DNA of 64,000 nucleotides from Pseudobdellovibrionaceae bacterium. Lineage in GTDB: Bacteria; Bdellovibrionota; Bdellovibrionia; Bdellovibrionales; UBA1609. The number at the start of each line of letters is the position of its first letter. Position 1 is the stretch's first letter. Shown piece by piece: positions 18,814 through 27,798 of this stretch. The notes beneath the pieces were generated by a model. The model was not told the DNA's origin. It saw only the letters and a list, made by a program, of their open reading frames with translations, and made no database searches. The position numbers and the translations under genes were made by a program. The stretch lies in contig CANEZP010000005.1 in the NCBI GenBank assembly GCA_947444305.1, positions 103,771 through 167,770 of the forward strand. Reading direction: 5' to 3'.

Positions 18814-20694
18814 ATGAACATTAGAAATATCTGTATTATTGCGCACGTGGATCACGGCAAAACCACCCTTGTGGATCACTTACTCCGTCAAAGCGGCACG
18901 TTCTCGGAACGCGCGGCTCTCGAAGATCGGGCCATGGACTCCATGGACCTCGAACGCGAGCGCGGGATCACCATCCAGGCAAAGAACGCCGCGATTCAAT
19001 ATAAAGAAAACCGCATCAACATCGTCGATACCCCCGGGCACAGTGATTTCGGCGGCGAAGTTGAACGTATCCTCGGTATGGTTGACGGAGCCGTCTTGCT
19101 CGTCGATGCCGCCGAAGGTCCGCTGCCGCAAACTCGTTTCGTGTTGAAAAAAGCGCTTGAGCGCGGTCAACGCGTCATCTTGTGCGTAAATAAAGTCGAC
19201 CGGCCGGAATGCCGCGACGGTATTCGCACCGCCGAAGTTGTGAACCAAACTTTCGATCTCTTCATCGATTTGGGCGCGACCGAAGAGCAAGCCGACTTCC
19301 CGATCGTGTACGCCTGCGCAAAGGCCGGCTGGTGCACGACCGATACCGAAGAAATCCCCGCCCTCATTTCGGGTGAGAAAAAAGGCTCGCTGCAACCTTT
19401 GTTCGACCTCGTCGTCGACAAGATTGCGCCGCCCGTTCCCGGCCCCGAAAAAGAATTTCAGTTGATGGTCGCAAACCTTGGTTGGTCTGATTTCGTCGGT
19501 CGCTTGGCGATCGGCCGTATCATGTCGGGCGCGTTGTCGGTTGGGCAAAAAGCTTACCGCATCGGTACCGACGAAAACGGCAACGAAGTCCGCGAAGGTT
19601 TTAACGTCACCAAATTGTTCCGTTACACCGGCATGCTCCAGACCGAAGTGAAGACTTTGGAAATGGGCGACGTCGGCGTTATCGGCGGCACCGAAAACTT
19701 CCAGATCGGCGACACCGTCGGCGGCGAAGAAACCACCAAGGCGATGGAACGTATCGAGGTCAACAAACCGACTCTCGCCATGGTCTTCTCGGTTAACACT
19801 TCGCCCTTCTCGGGTCGTGACGGCGATGCACTTCAGTCGCGTAAACTGCGCGAACGTTTGCTGCGCGAAGTTCGCCAGAACGTCGCCGTAAAATTTGAAG
19901 AGACCGGCCAAGCCGATCAGTTCCGTGTTCTCGGCCGCGGTGAACTCCAGTTCGCTATCTTGATTGAACAAATGCGCCGCGAAGGCTCTGAGTTCATGGT
20001 CGGTCGTCCCGAAGTTTTGATCAAAGGCAAAGGCGCCGAACGCGAAGAGCCGCTTGAAAAAGCGACCCTTGATCTGCCCGAAGAATTCGCCAGCGACGTC
20101 ACCCGCATGTTCCAAGAACGTAAAGGTTTGTTGATGTCGTACGAAGCCGTCGGTACGCAAAGCGGTCCGAACGGTTCGCAAAACCGTATTCGTCTTGAAT
20201 TCGAAGTCCCCACCCGTGGTTTGCTCGGTATGCGTACCAAGTACCTCACCGCGACCAAGGGTGAAGGTTTGTTCAGCTCGCAATCCATCGGCTACACGCC
20301 TTGGAAGGGCGAGATGCTTCACCGTCTGAACGGTGCTTTGATCTCCGATCGTGACGGTTTCGCGACCGAGTACGCGTTGATGAACTTGGATGACCGCGGT
20401 CAGATGTTTATCGCGCCCGGTGACGAAGTGTACGAAGGCATGATCATCGGTCAGTACAATAAAGAGAACGATCTGAACGTGAACCCCGTCCGTGAAAAGA
20501 AACTCACGAACGTTCGCGCTTCGGGAAGTGATCACTACGTGGCCCTTAAGGGGGTTCGTGAGATGACTTTGGAACGCTGTATCGAATGGCTCGAACAAGA
20601 CGAGTGGATCGAAGTGTCCCCCAAAAACATTCGCATGCGTAAGAAGTCGCTGAAGGTGAATTCACGTTCGATCAGCCGCCGGATCGAAGACTAA
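18814..20694 (+). CDS. typA: Translational GTPase TypA/BipA
   Basis: N-terminus [44 protein letters not shown] and NKVDR G-motifs. Length and C-terminal domain are typical of BipA. Confidence 0.97.
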   Translation: MNIRNICIIAHVDHGKTTLVDHLLRQSGTFSERAALEDRAMDSMDLERERGITIQAKNAAIQYKENRINIVDTPGHSDFGGEVERILGMVDGAVLLVDAAEGPLPQTRFVLKKALERGQRVILCVNKVDRPECRDGIRTAEVVNQTFDLFIDLGATEEQADFPIVYACAKAGWCTTDTEEIPALISGEKKGSLQPLFDLVVDKIAPPVPGPEKEFQLMVANLGWSDFVGRLAIGRIMSGALSVGQKAYRIGTDENGNEVREGFNVTKLFRYTGMLQTEVKTLEMGDVGVIGGTENFQIGDTVGGEETTKAMERIEVNKPTLAMVFSVNTSPFSGRDGDALQSRKLRERLLREVRQNVAVKFEETGQADQFRVLGRGELQFAILIEQMRREGSEFMVGRPEVLIKGKGAEREEPLEKATLDLPEEFASDVTRMFQERKGLLMSYEAVGTQSGPNGSQNRIRLEFEVPTRGLLGMRTKYLTATKGEGLFSSQSIGYTPWKGEMLHRLNGALISDRDGFATEYALMNLDDRGQMFIAPGDEVYEGMIIGQYNKENDLNVNPVREKKLTNVRASGSDHYVALKGVREMTLERCIEWLEQDEWIEVSPKNIRMRKKSLKVNSRSISRRIED

Positions 20695-20842
20695 GCCTTC
20701 CTTCCTTTTTTAATTCGTTCCCACGACTGCGGGGAGGTTTGATGCCTCCCCGAATAAAGATTCTCGGGAGGCCGTTCGGCTTCCCGCCTCATCCCCGCCG
20801 GTTTGTTTACGGCTTCTTAGCCACTGCCCATGCGGAATCTGC

Positions 20843-20870
20843 TTGAAATTCTTTTTGCCCGCGGTAGTTT
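20843..20870 (+). promoter_or_regulatory. Candidate promoter of the RRM protein gene, with a ~45-nt 5' UTR
   Basis: TTGAAA, 16 nt, TAGTTT. The downstream UTR contains the GACGT-ctcgtt-ACGTC hairpin next to the GAGGAG RBS. Confidence 0.3.
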
Positions 20871-20918
20871 GGTACGCATATTTTTAGACCAGCGACGTCT
20901 CGTTACGTCAGAGGAGAT

Positions 20919-21329
20919 ATGTTCATGGGTAAGAAGTTATACGTAGGCAACCTGCCTTATTCGGTCGACGACGCAGCTTTGGAAAGCCAGTTTTCCGAAG
21001 CCGGCAAAGTGGAATCGGCGCGTGTGATCACCGATCGCGAAACCGGTCGTAGCAAAGGTTTCGGATTCGTTGAGATGTCTTCCGACGAAGAAGCCAACGC
21101 TGCGATCGAGCGATTCAATGGCCAGCCCAGTGGCGGACGTAACATGACCGTTTCTGAAGCTCGCCCCCAAGCCCCGCGTGAAGGCGGCGGCGGAGGTCGC
21201 GGCTTCGGAGGAGGCGGCGGTGGTGGCGGCGGTTACGGCGGCGGTGGCGGAGGAGGCTACGGCGGTGGTGGCGGCGGACGCGGCGGCGGCGGTGGTGGTC
21301 GCGGCGGTGGCGGCGGCAATCGCTACTAA
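20919..21329 (+). CDS. RRM-type RNA-binding protein with a glycine-rich RGG/GGY tail
   Basis: RNP2 KLYVGNL and RNP1 KGFGFVEM motifs. The tail of about 50 aa is almost only G, R and Y. GAGGAG RBS upstream. Confidence 0.9.
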   Translation: MFMGKKLYVGNLPYSVDDAALESQFSEAGKVESARVITDRETGRSKGFGFVEMSSDEEANAAIERFNGQPSGGRNMTVSEARPQAPREGGGGGRGFGGGGGGGGGYGGGGGGGYGGGGGGRGGGGGGRGGGGGNRY

Positions 21330-21330
21330 G

Positions 21331-21390
21331 CCCGGCATAGATTTTAGGAAAAGCCGGGGGCGCCCGGCATAGATTTTAGGAAAAGCCGGG
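21331..21390. repeat. Tandem duplication of a 28-nt hairpin-forming unit
   Basis: CCCGGCATAGATTTTAGGAAAAGCCGGG occurs twice, identically (21331-21358 and 21363-21390). The right arm of the second copy is reused as the left arm of the terminator stem. Confidence 0.85.
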
Positions 21391-21408
21391 TCTCCCCGGC
21401 TTTTTTTT
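21381..21408. terminator. Bidirectional Rho-independent terminator between the RRM gene (+) and the CEMIP-like gene (-)
   Basis: AAAAGCCGGG-tctc-CCCGGCTTTTTTTT: a 6-bp GC stem extended by A/T pairs, with a T8 run on the plus strand and T4 on the minus strand. Confidence 0.8.
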
Positions 21409-21417
21409 CGCCTAGAA

Positions 21418-24400
21418 TTACTGAACGTAGCCGATGATTCCTTCGTAGGTGTAGCCGGCGCCGACGCCTTCGTTGTGATCGACGGTCGAGAGATGATCAC
21501 CGGTCGCCGGGTGGCGGAAGCGATAAAGAGGACGCGTGCCCGAGACTTGTCGCGAGTAGGCGTAGCCCATCACTCCTTCGGGCGTTAGTCCTTCGCAGTT
21601 CGGATCGCTGGACATCATGTGCATGCCCGAACCGTAACAGCGGTAAATCGCGTACGTGCCCCAAGTTCCCGCGTGTTTGAACAAACGGAAAGTTGAACCT
21701 TCGTAACCGTAGCCCGCGCCGACACCTTCATCGTACGACATCGTCATGAAATGTTCGCCCGTGGCCCCATTGTAAAAGCGGTAGACCGCATCCGAAGCGG
21801 CCAACGGCAATGACATCTCACCTGATCTTGCGATCAACAGATTGTCCCGGCCCACCGGCGAAATTCCGTGAACAAAGATCGAGCGTCCCGCAAAAACATG
21901 ACGTTGTCCGGGATCCAACTGAACCGAGAAACGGTAAGCCGCGCCGCTCGCTTGGCAAGCCGCCGCGACGGCCGGATCACTCGCGATATCCGCGTTGGCC
22001 GCGGTGACGTAAGCGCCCGTACCGGCCGGGCCACCAGCGTAAATATGCACGCTAACCGATTGATTCAGACCACGCGCGCACGCCCAGCCTGAAATCACGC
22101 CGTCGCCGGTCACTTGATCGATGTAACCGGTCAGGTCAGGTACGGGCGGAGGCGGAGGAGGCGCGGGCAATGTGAATTGACCCGAGTTGGTCAGCGAGAG
22201 ATTGTCACGACCTACCGGTGAAATCCCATAAACATAAACTGTTTTGCTGCCGTGAGCGGCGATTTGATCCGCCGAGGCTTGCAGACTGAAGCGATAGTTC
22301 GTTCCGCCGGCTTCGCAATTTTGCGCGACGCCGGGTTCACTCGCTTGATCGGCGTTGACCACCGCGAAGATCGTGCCGCCGCCGCCCGCGCCGCCTCCGA
22401 CGTAAACGTGCACCGGTACGGATTGATTGATGCCGCGGGCGCAGGCCCAACCGGAAATCAGACCCGATGCCGATACCTGATCGATAACGCCGACGATATC
22501 GCTCGGTGCACGAATGGGAAGACTCATTTCGCCCGAGCGCCCGATCACGTCGTTCGCGCGACCGACGGGCGAGATCCCGTGCACGACGACCGAGCGCCCG
22601 CTGAACTGGCGCAGTTGCTGGTCATTCAGTTGAAACGCAAAACGATGTTGAGTGCCGTTCGAATTACAAGCGGCGGCAACACCCGGCTCACTTGCCTGAT
22701 TGGCGAAGCCCGTGGCGACGAGCGAACCCGTACCCGACGGACCGCCGGCGTAAAGGTGAACGCCGATCGGCTGGTCAATGCCGCGTGCGCACGCCCAACC
22801 CGAAACTAAACCCTCGGCGGTGACTTGATCAATGTGGCCGCGAACGTCGTTCGCAAAACCGATTCGGGATTCGATGCGGCCGTTGGCGACGAAGTGTTCG
22901 GCCGCGGCGGCGAGGTTCGTGCCGAAGGCGGTACGCAAATCCGCGTAGCGGGCCAGGTACGTCGACGCGGAGAAATCCGGGTGCGCATCGCGGCCTTCGT
23001 AAATGCCGTTCGATACCCAGTGATTGCGAAGGTCGACCGAACTCAAGCTGACCAAATCAGGATTGCGGGCGCGGTACGTTGCTTCGTCGAAGACCGACGA
23101 ATCGAGTAAAGTTGAACGTTGCGCGCACTGCACGCTGATGCCCGGAGCGTTCCCCCGGATCGCAAACTCCGATAAGTTCGCGGGGTTTCTTCCGCTCGCG
23201 AAGATGCGAATGAAAAGGCGGCGTTCGTCATAGAAGTAAGCGTTGCTGCCGGCCGCACGAAGTTGATCGAGTGAAGCGACCCGTGTTGCTCCCGCGACAT
23301 TACATTGGAAGCCCATGTTCGCTAATTCGACGACGGGCGAACTCTCGCCGACCGTGCGGGTGGCGAAATTGAATCCGAGGGAGTTCGGTTTTACTCCGTC
23401 GAAGTCGAGTTTGTATTCGTAAGCGCCGCCCAAGATCAAATTTGTCTTGTTGTTGTACCACAGGCCGGAATTTTTATGATGGTCACCCTTCGCACCGTCG
23501 GTGCGGGAGACCACGAACGGCATCGTGTTGCCGTCGTAAGGTGCGGGCCAGCTCGAAGCGAGCAAGAACAAGCGGCCAAGATTATACGGACACAGCAACG
23601 CGCCTTGAAAATCAACGCAGCTCGGATCGCGGTTCATCGCGTGATTCGGCACGATCGTCCAATTCGCGCGGCCGGTTAAACTTCCGTCCATGTCGCGAAG
23701 GCCCGTCGTCCAGGGCGTATCCAACCAAGCATCCGGCCACTCGAAATAAATACGGCGCGCGGGATTCGGTTCGAACGTCAAACTTTTCACCGCGTTTTCA
23801 AAGCGGTCGGCCCCGCCCCCACTCACGAACGGGATCGGCATTAAGTCATAGTCGGCGTAACGCAACGGCGCGGTTCCGAAGTCGGCAAAGTGCACGCGCT
23901 GTAATTCGAAGGGACCGTCGTAAAGTAAAGCGCCGGTGATCTGGCGGGGCAACCAAGGATCCATCGAGACGAGGTAAGGAATCTCGCGGTCTTCGAAAAA
24001 CTGGCTCTTACCTACGATCAAAGAATCATGCACGGTTTGGTTGTAGGCGAAGAACAAAGTCATCGCGTTGTCGGCGCCGATCAAATTGGTGTAGAGCGCG
24101 TGCTCGCCGCGGAAATAATAACCGGCACCCGTATTTTTAAACGCGGTCAAACCGGGGAATACCGGCGTCGTGGGAGGATGATAGTGAACCGCGACGACGT
24201 CGCGGGCGCGTGGATTCAGAGGGTTGTTGATCAAAGCACCGTCTTCGGTTCCGTCCCAGGTATGGCCGACTTCCGCGCTGTGCGCGACGTTGCCCGAGTA
24301 TTCAAGCGTTGCGGTACGTGACGGAAAAACATTGGCTTGCGCGGGATCGGCGGCGAATTCACAGCTCGCGCCCGCGGGACAACGCAAGCGATCGCTAAAC

Positions 24401-25698
24401 GACATCCAAAAGCCGGAACCTTCGGCGCCCGAAGCGACGTTGTTGCGAACGATATTTGCGGGATTCGTAATCCAGAAAGTTGAAGGCCCCGAGAAGCGCG
24501 GGTTTTTAATCGGCCCCATATCCGAAGCGAGCAAACCTTTGCCCGCGGGCACGCGTCTGGTCAGCATACCGAGGTTGCCGGCGATCACGTTGTTCACTTC
24601 GTTACCGTTTTCTAAAAAGTAACCGTGGCCGAAGTGATTGAAGCAAACGTTGTTCTCGACCGTCGCGCCGTTCGTGCCGTGGATGGTGACGCAGCGTTGG
24701 TAAGAATCATGGATGCTCGAGTTGCGAATGAATTGTCCGGGCACGTCACCGGCCAAGTGCCAGTGAAACGGATAGCGGCCCATTTTACCGAGCTGCCCAA
24801 GGCGGCTGAGCTCGACGCCGTCGACGTAAGCCTTAGCCGAAGCCATAACCATGATGTGGCCACCGAACTTTTCGTTATCTAAGGTCGCTTCGTCACCTTC
24901 GGCGGTGACCACGATGTTGCGATCAAGTACGGCGACTTCGGCGCGCTCATCGAGCAACCAGTTCTTGCCCTGGGCCGCGTAGTTTTTCGTGACGCCGGTG
25001 TGCTTGTACGCGAAAGGCGTAGTCACAACGACGGCTAAACCGTCGGCGGCAACGCTTTCGATGATGCGGGTTTCGGCCTCGAGCGGATTGAAACCCGTGG
25101 GCCCAAGGATAAGCTTCTCGCCCGCGTTCCAGTTCACCGGACTCGAAAGGTAAACGACTTTGTCGCCCGCTTCGACGTTGCGTGAAATTTTTTGGAAGCC
25201 GAAGTTTTTATTTCGACCGTAGAGTTTCAAGATTCCGTTACCCATGACCGAAAACGCACGCTCGCCGTCGGCCGCGCCGAGTGAGCGGCCGCCTTTCAAC
25301 TTAATAACCAAACGGCCTTCGAAACGTTGCGTTTCGTTGCCGCATTCGAAAATGGAGCCGGTACCCATGACCATGATGCCCGCGGCCTTAATCGTGTACT
25401 GACCACCGGCCGGGCAACGCAACTTACCCATGACGTTGAGCACGCCCATTTCGACGTCTTGATCGATCGTGTATTCTTCGCCGGCGGCGATGGTAACGTC
25501 GTCGTTCGGGCCCGTCACCTTTTGCGACAAGCGCGGTCCCGTGATCGCCTGAATATTGAAACTTGAGAAACTCGCCGGTGAACGTGACACGTTTCTGCCG
25601 ATGACCGTCCCCATCGTCATCGAATCAAATTTCGTGCAACCGGCCGTTGATAATAAAGAGAACCCCAGAAACAGTGATGAGAGAATACGTGCGAACAT
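21418..25698 (-). CDS. Large secreted G8 / parallel beta-helix protein of the CEMIP/TMEM2-like family with C-terminal tandem repeats and DUF5648-like repeats
   Basis: Signal/lipoprotein-like N-terminus (LLSTAGC). G8-like module: VTIAAGEEYTIDQDVEMGVLNVMGKLRC...GTGSIFECG. Core strings: RYPFHWHLAGDV, SIHDSYQRCVTIHGTNG, FGHGYFLENG, STFWITNPAN, GSGFWMSF. Also three repeats of 114-125 aa, and YRFYNGATGEHF / YRFRHPATGDHL repeats. Confidence 0.8.
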   Translation of the reverse strand: MFARILSSLFLGFSLLSTAGCTKFDSMTMGTVIGRNVSRSPASFSSFNIQAITGPRLSQKVTGPNDDVTIAAGEEYTIDQDVEMGVLNVMGKLRCPAGGQYTIKAAGIMVMGTGSIFECGNETQRFEGRLVIKLKGGRSLGAADGERAFSVMGNGILKLYGRNKNFGFQKISRNVEAGDKVVYLSSPVNWNAGEKLILGPTGFNPLEAETRIIESVAADGLAVVVTTPFAYKHTGVTKNYAAQGKNWLLDERAEVAVLDRNIVVTAEGDEATLDNEKFGGHIMVMASAKAYVDGVELSRLGQLGKMGRYPFHWHLAGDVPGQFIRNSSIHDSYQRCVTIHGTNGATVENNVCFNHFGHGYFLENGNEVNNVIAGNLGMLTRRVPAGKGLLASDMGPIKNPRFSGPSTFWITNPANIVRNNVASGAEGSGFWMSFSDRLRCPAGASCEFAADPAQANVFPSRTATLEYSGNVAHSAEVGHTWDGTEDGALINNPLNPRARDVVAVHYHPPTTPVFPGLTAFKNTGAGYYFRGEHALYTNLIGADNAMTLFFAYNQTVHDSLIVGKSQFFEDREIPYLVSMDPWLPRQITGALLYDGPFELQRVHFADFGTAPLRYADYDLMPIPFVSGGGADRFENAVKSLTFEPNPARRIYFEWPDAWLDTPWTTGLRDMDGSLTGRANWTIVPNHAMNRDPSCVDFQGALLCPYNLGRLFLLASSWPAPYDGNTMPFVVSRTDGAKGDHHKNSGLWYNNKTNLILGGAYEYKLDFDGVKPNSLGFNFATRTVGESSPVVELANMGFQCNVAGATRVASLDQLRAAGSNAYFYDERRLFIRIFASGRNPANLSEFAIRGNAPGISVQCAQRSTLLDSSVFDEATYRARNPDLVSLSSVDLRNHWVSNGIYEGRDAHPDFSASTYLARYADLRTAFGTNLAAAAEHFVANGRIESRIGFANDVRGHIDQVTAEGLVSGWACARGIDQPIGVHLYAGGPSGTGSLVATGFANQASEPGVAAACNSNGTQHRFAFQLNDQQLRQFSGRSVVVHGISPVGRANDVIGRSGEMSLPIRAPSDIVGVIDQVSASGLISGWACARGINQSVPVHVYVGGGAGGGGTIFAVVNADQASEPGVAQNCEAGGTNYRFSLQASADQIAAHGSKTVYVYGISPVGRDNLSLTNSGQFTLPAPPPPPPVPDLTGYIDQVTGDGVISGWACARGLNQSVSVHIYAGGPAGTGAYVTAANADIASDPAVAAACQASGAAYRFSVQLDPGQRHVFAGRSIFVHGISPVGRDNLLIARSGEMSLPLAASDAVYRFYNGATGEHFMTMSYDEGVGAGYGYEGSTFRLFKHAGTWGTYAIYRCYGSGMHMMSSDPNCEGLTPEGVMGYAYSRQVSGTRPLYRFRHPATGDHLSTVDHNEGVGAGYTYEGIIGYVQ
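21790..22857 (-). repeat. Three intragenic tandem repeats (114-125 aa each) in the CEMIP-like protein
   Basis: Each unit has IDQV..G.(V/I)SGWACARG(I/L)(D/N)Q...VH.Y.GG......A(S/D)(E/D)P.VA..C......RF...........G.......HGISPVGR.N......G...LP. A P6 linker lies between units 2 and 3. Confidence 0.9.
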
Positions 25699-25848
25699 CG
25701 AATACCCCGTTGATGAACAACCCGAGGGTATTGATTGCAGCGCCTAGACCATGCACGGACGGCTATATTTGGTACAGGTGTTTACGCGTTGAACAGCGTG
25801 CAACAGATCGACGTCTCATCGCGAGACGCCGCCGTTCAACGATCACTT

Positions 25849-27111
25849 TCAATCACAACGTGCGGGCGCTTGGCTGATGTTCGACTTATCGCAAGCGACT
25901 TTACCGTTCTTCATGCGTGAGGTTTTGTAAACCGCTTCGATCGCCCGTGCCTTTTTGTTGTAGCGAGCTTCCAAGAAAGCGCAGGCTTCAATCTTTGCGA
26001 ATTCCCCTTTCGGCGTTTTGCCGTTGGCGCACTTGATCGAGATCGAAATCAAATGATCCGCGCCGATGGGCTCGCCCCCGGTGTTCTCGACCGTGACCAC
26101 GCCTTCGCCCCCCGCAAATTTCAGTTTGTGATTCGTAAACTTACTCGGCGGCGGCATATATTCTTTTTCGTTGATAGGATCTTCCGCGTGCGCGAGGTCG
26201 ATGAACAAGCTCACGTACCACGCCATGAAGGCGTTACCCGCAACGTTACGGCACATCGGCAACGACAGGTGCAAGTGATTGTGGTGGCGGTGATCTTCAT
26301 CGCCGATCGAACCGTGAGGCTTGCCGCCGGACCGTTGGGGTAGACACCCCGCGCGCTCGCGATTAGCCGCTTCACTCCAGCACTGGCGCAGCTTCGTGAA
26401 GAAGGCCTGGGTTTTCGAATCCTTTTCCTTGTAAGTGTACTTAACGCCGTCCACCACGATCTGATTAACATCTATGGCTAAACCATAGTTATGGAGCGAT
26501 GCCGTTCGTTGGTGAGCTTCGTCGCCCATCGTACCGGCGTGGTAGATCTTACCGGTTGTCATCTGATTTATACCGGCCGCTTGATTCACGCATTTGCCCA
26601 TCTGGGTGTTGATGAAAGAGGCGAGATCCTCGTGCATCTTCACTTCGCCGTCGCAGCCTGCCTCTCCACCGTGGCCGTACTTAAACTGGAATTTCCCGGT
26701 TTGATTTGAGCACGCTTTCACGTTGAGAAGCGAAACCCCGGCCGGGCCAACCCCACCGCTGCCGCCAATCTCTAGCGATGAGCCCGTACCGCGCTCGGTG
26801 TTGTAACCGCCGTCGCCGCCCGTCGCGAATTCGGATTTGCCCATCATTCCTTGGATCGCCTGCAAAGCGGCCCCGCCGGGACTGTTTGAAGATTGACCTT
26901 GCGGGCTTTGCTGTTGCTGCACGGGAAGTTGTACCGGCTGTTGCGGAGCCGTGGGCACGGCCGCCGCCGGGGCCGCGTTCAACGGCGCAGATTGCGAACC
27001 GACCGTTGGCCAAGGCGTTACGGGGGTGGTAAGTGCCGCTTGAGCTTTAAAGCTCAGACCAACGCTCAAGAGTCCCAGAGCCCCGATCAACAATTTTTTA
27101 TTCATGAGCAT
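25849..27111 (-). CDS. Secreted LAS-type (extensin-like C-terminal / M15-like) putative peptidoglycan peptidase with a Pro/Gln-rich linker
   Basis: Signal peptide. P/Q-rich region PQQPVQLPVQQQQSPQGQ. SxHxxGxAxD motif (ASLHNYGLAIDV) and C-terminal HRHHNHLHLSL. Confidence 0.6.
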   Translation of the reverse strand: MLMNKKLLIGALGLLSVGLSFKAQAALTTPVTPWPTVGSQSAPLNAAPAAAVPTAPQQPVQLPVQQQQSPQGQSSNSPGGAALQAIQGMMGKSEFATGGDGGYNTERGTGSSLEIGGSGGVGPAGVSLLNVKACSNQTGKFQFKYGHGGEAGCDGEVKMHEDLASFINTQMGKCVNQAAGINQMTTGKIYHAGTMGDEAHQRTASLHNYGLAIDVNQIVVDGVKYTYKEKDSKTQAFFTKLRQCWSEAANRERAGCLPQRSGGKPHGSIGDEDHRHHNHLHLSLPMCRNVAGNAFMAWYVSLFIDLAHAEDPINEKEYMPPPSKFTNHKLKFAGGEGVVTVENTGGEPIGADHLISISIKCANGKTPKGEFAKIEACAFLEARYNKKARAIEAVYKTSRMKNGKVACDKSNISQAPARCD

Positions 27112-27238
27112 CCTCGTTTACGGTGCAAAAAAACGGCCCGCGTAATCAAACGCGAGCCGCCTTTATCGTAAACAAGTTTAACACATGCTCACATTTCCGA
27201 CTGCGCGGCCTAGGTCTAGTCCCGGCCCGCAACCGCCC

Positions 27239-27646
27239 TTAACGAGTTTTCGCGAATTGCTTTTCGAAAACGGTGCCGTCGGCGTTGATGACGCGAACGG
27301 TATGGTCACCCGCTTTGAGCAGGCCAAGATCTACTTCTTGGGTAAACGAAACCAACTGCATAGTGCACATACCTTGCTGAACTTTCGCTAAACCGCGAAC
27401 CTCGTGCGTAAAGTCATCGACGTGCTTCACTTCGGCCGCTTCCCACTTGTAGCAAGTGTTCGGGTACATGCCCATGACGAGAAGTTCCTTGGGCTCAACG
27501 ATGCCCCGGTCCTTCTGAACGTAAACGTCGGTAAAGTTGAGTAGTTGATCTTTTTCAACCGGAACTTGCCCTTGGCCCGCGCCGAAAGCGACCGTTGAAG
27601 AAGCAGCTGAAAAAGCCGCGACTAGTATCATCATCATTGATTTCAT
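27239..27646 (-). CDS. Small secreted protein, unknown function
   Basis: Signal peptide MKSMMMILVAAFSAASSTVAFG. GGAGGA RBS on the minus strand. Confidence 0.6.
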   Translation of the reverse strand: MKSMMMILVAAFSAASSTVAFGAGQGQVPVEKDQLLNFTDVYVQKDRGIVEPKELLVMGMYPNTCYKWEAAEVKHVDDFTHEVRGLAKVQQGMCTMQLVSFTQEVDLGLLKAGDHTVRVINADGTVFEKQFAKTR

Positions 27647-27760
27647 GGTTCCTCCTGATTGTTGAACCGTTGTTGCGTAATCAACATAAAGAAGAGCAAT
27701 GGTAATGCCACGTTGAACGGCACGCTAAGCCTACGCCCCGCCCGAAGGCCGGGGTAATTA

Positions 27761-27772
27761 ATCACGCGTGAT
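27761..27772. promoter_or_regulatory. Perfect 12-bp palindrome ATCACGCGTGAT upstream of the 27239..27646 gene
   Basis: Seen directly. It lies 115 nt upstream of the minus-strand start at 27646. The operator role is speculative. Confidence 0.25.
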
Positions 27773-27798
27773 GATATTTGCCCGGATTAAACTCGGAA

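Noticed and set aside
18880-20598. 572-aa ORF on the minus strand lying entirely inside typA
   Set aside because: The plus-strand product is an unambiguous, full-length TypA/BipA. The antisense ORF has skewed low-information composition (rich in F, A, G, D, V, T and R), with no RBS and no recognisable motif. Stop-free antisense frames like this are expected in GC-biased coding DNA.
20729-20751. Hairpin GCGGGGAGG-tttgatg-CCTCCCCG after typA, considered as a terminator
   Set aside because: The stem is good, but it is followed by AATAAAG rather than a U-run. I could not support it as an intrinsic terminator, though it may still be a processing or stability element.
20937-21500. 187-aa minus-strand ORF covering the RRM gene, the terminator region and the 3' end of the CEMIP-like gene
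   Set aside because: The Ala/Thr/Ser-rich translation is just the reverse complement of the GGC/GGT glycine-codon repeat. The ORF also runs through a strong bidirectional terminator.
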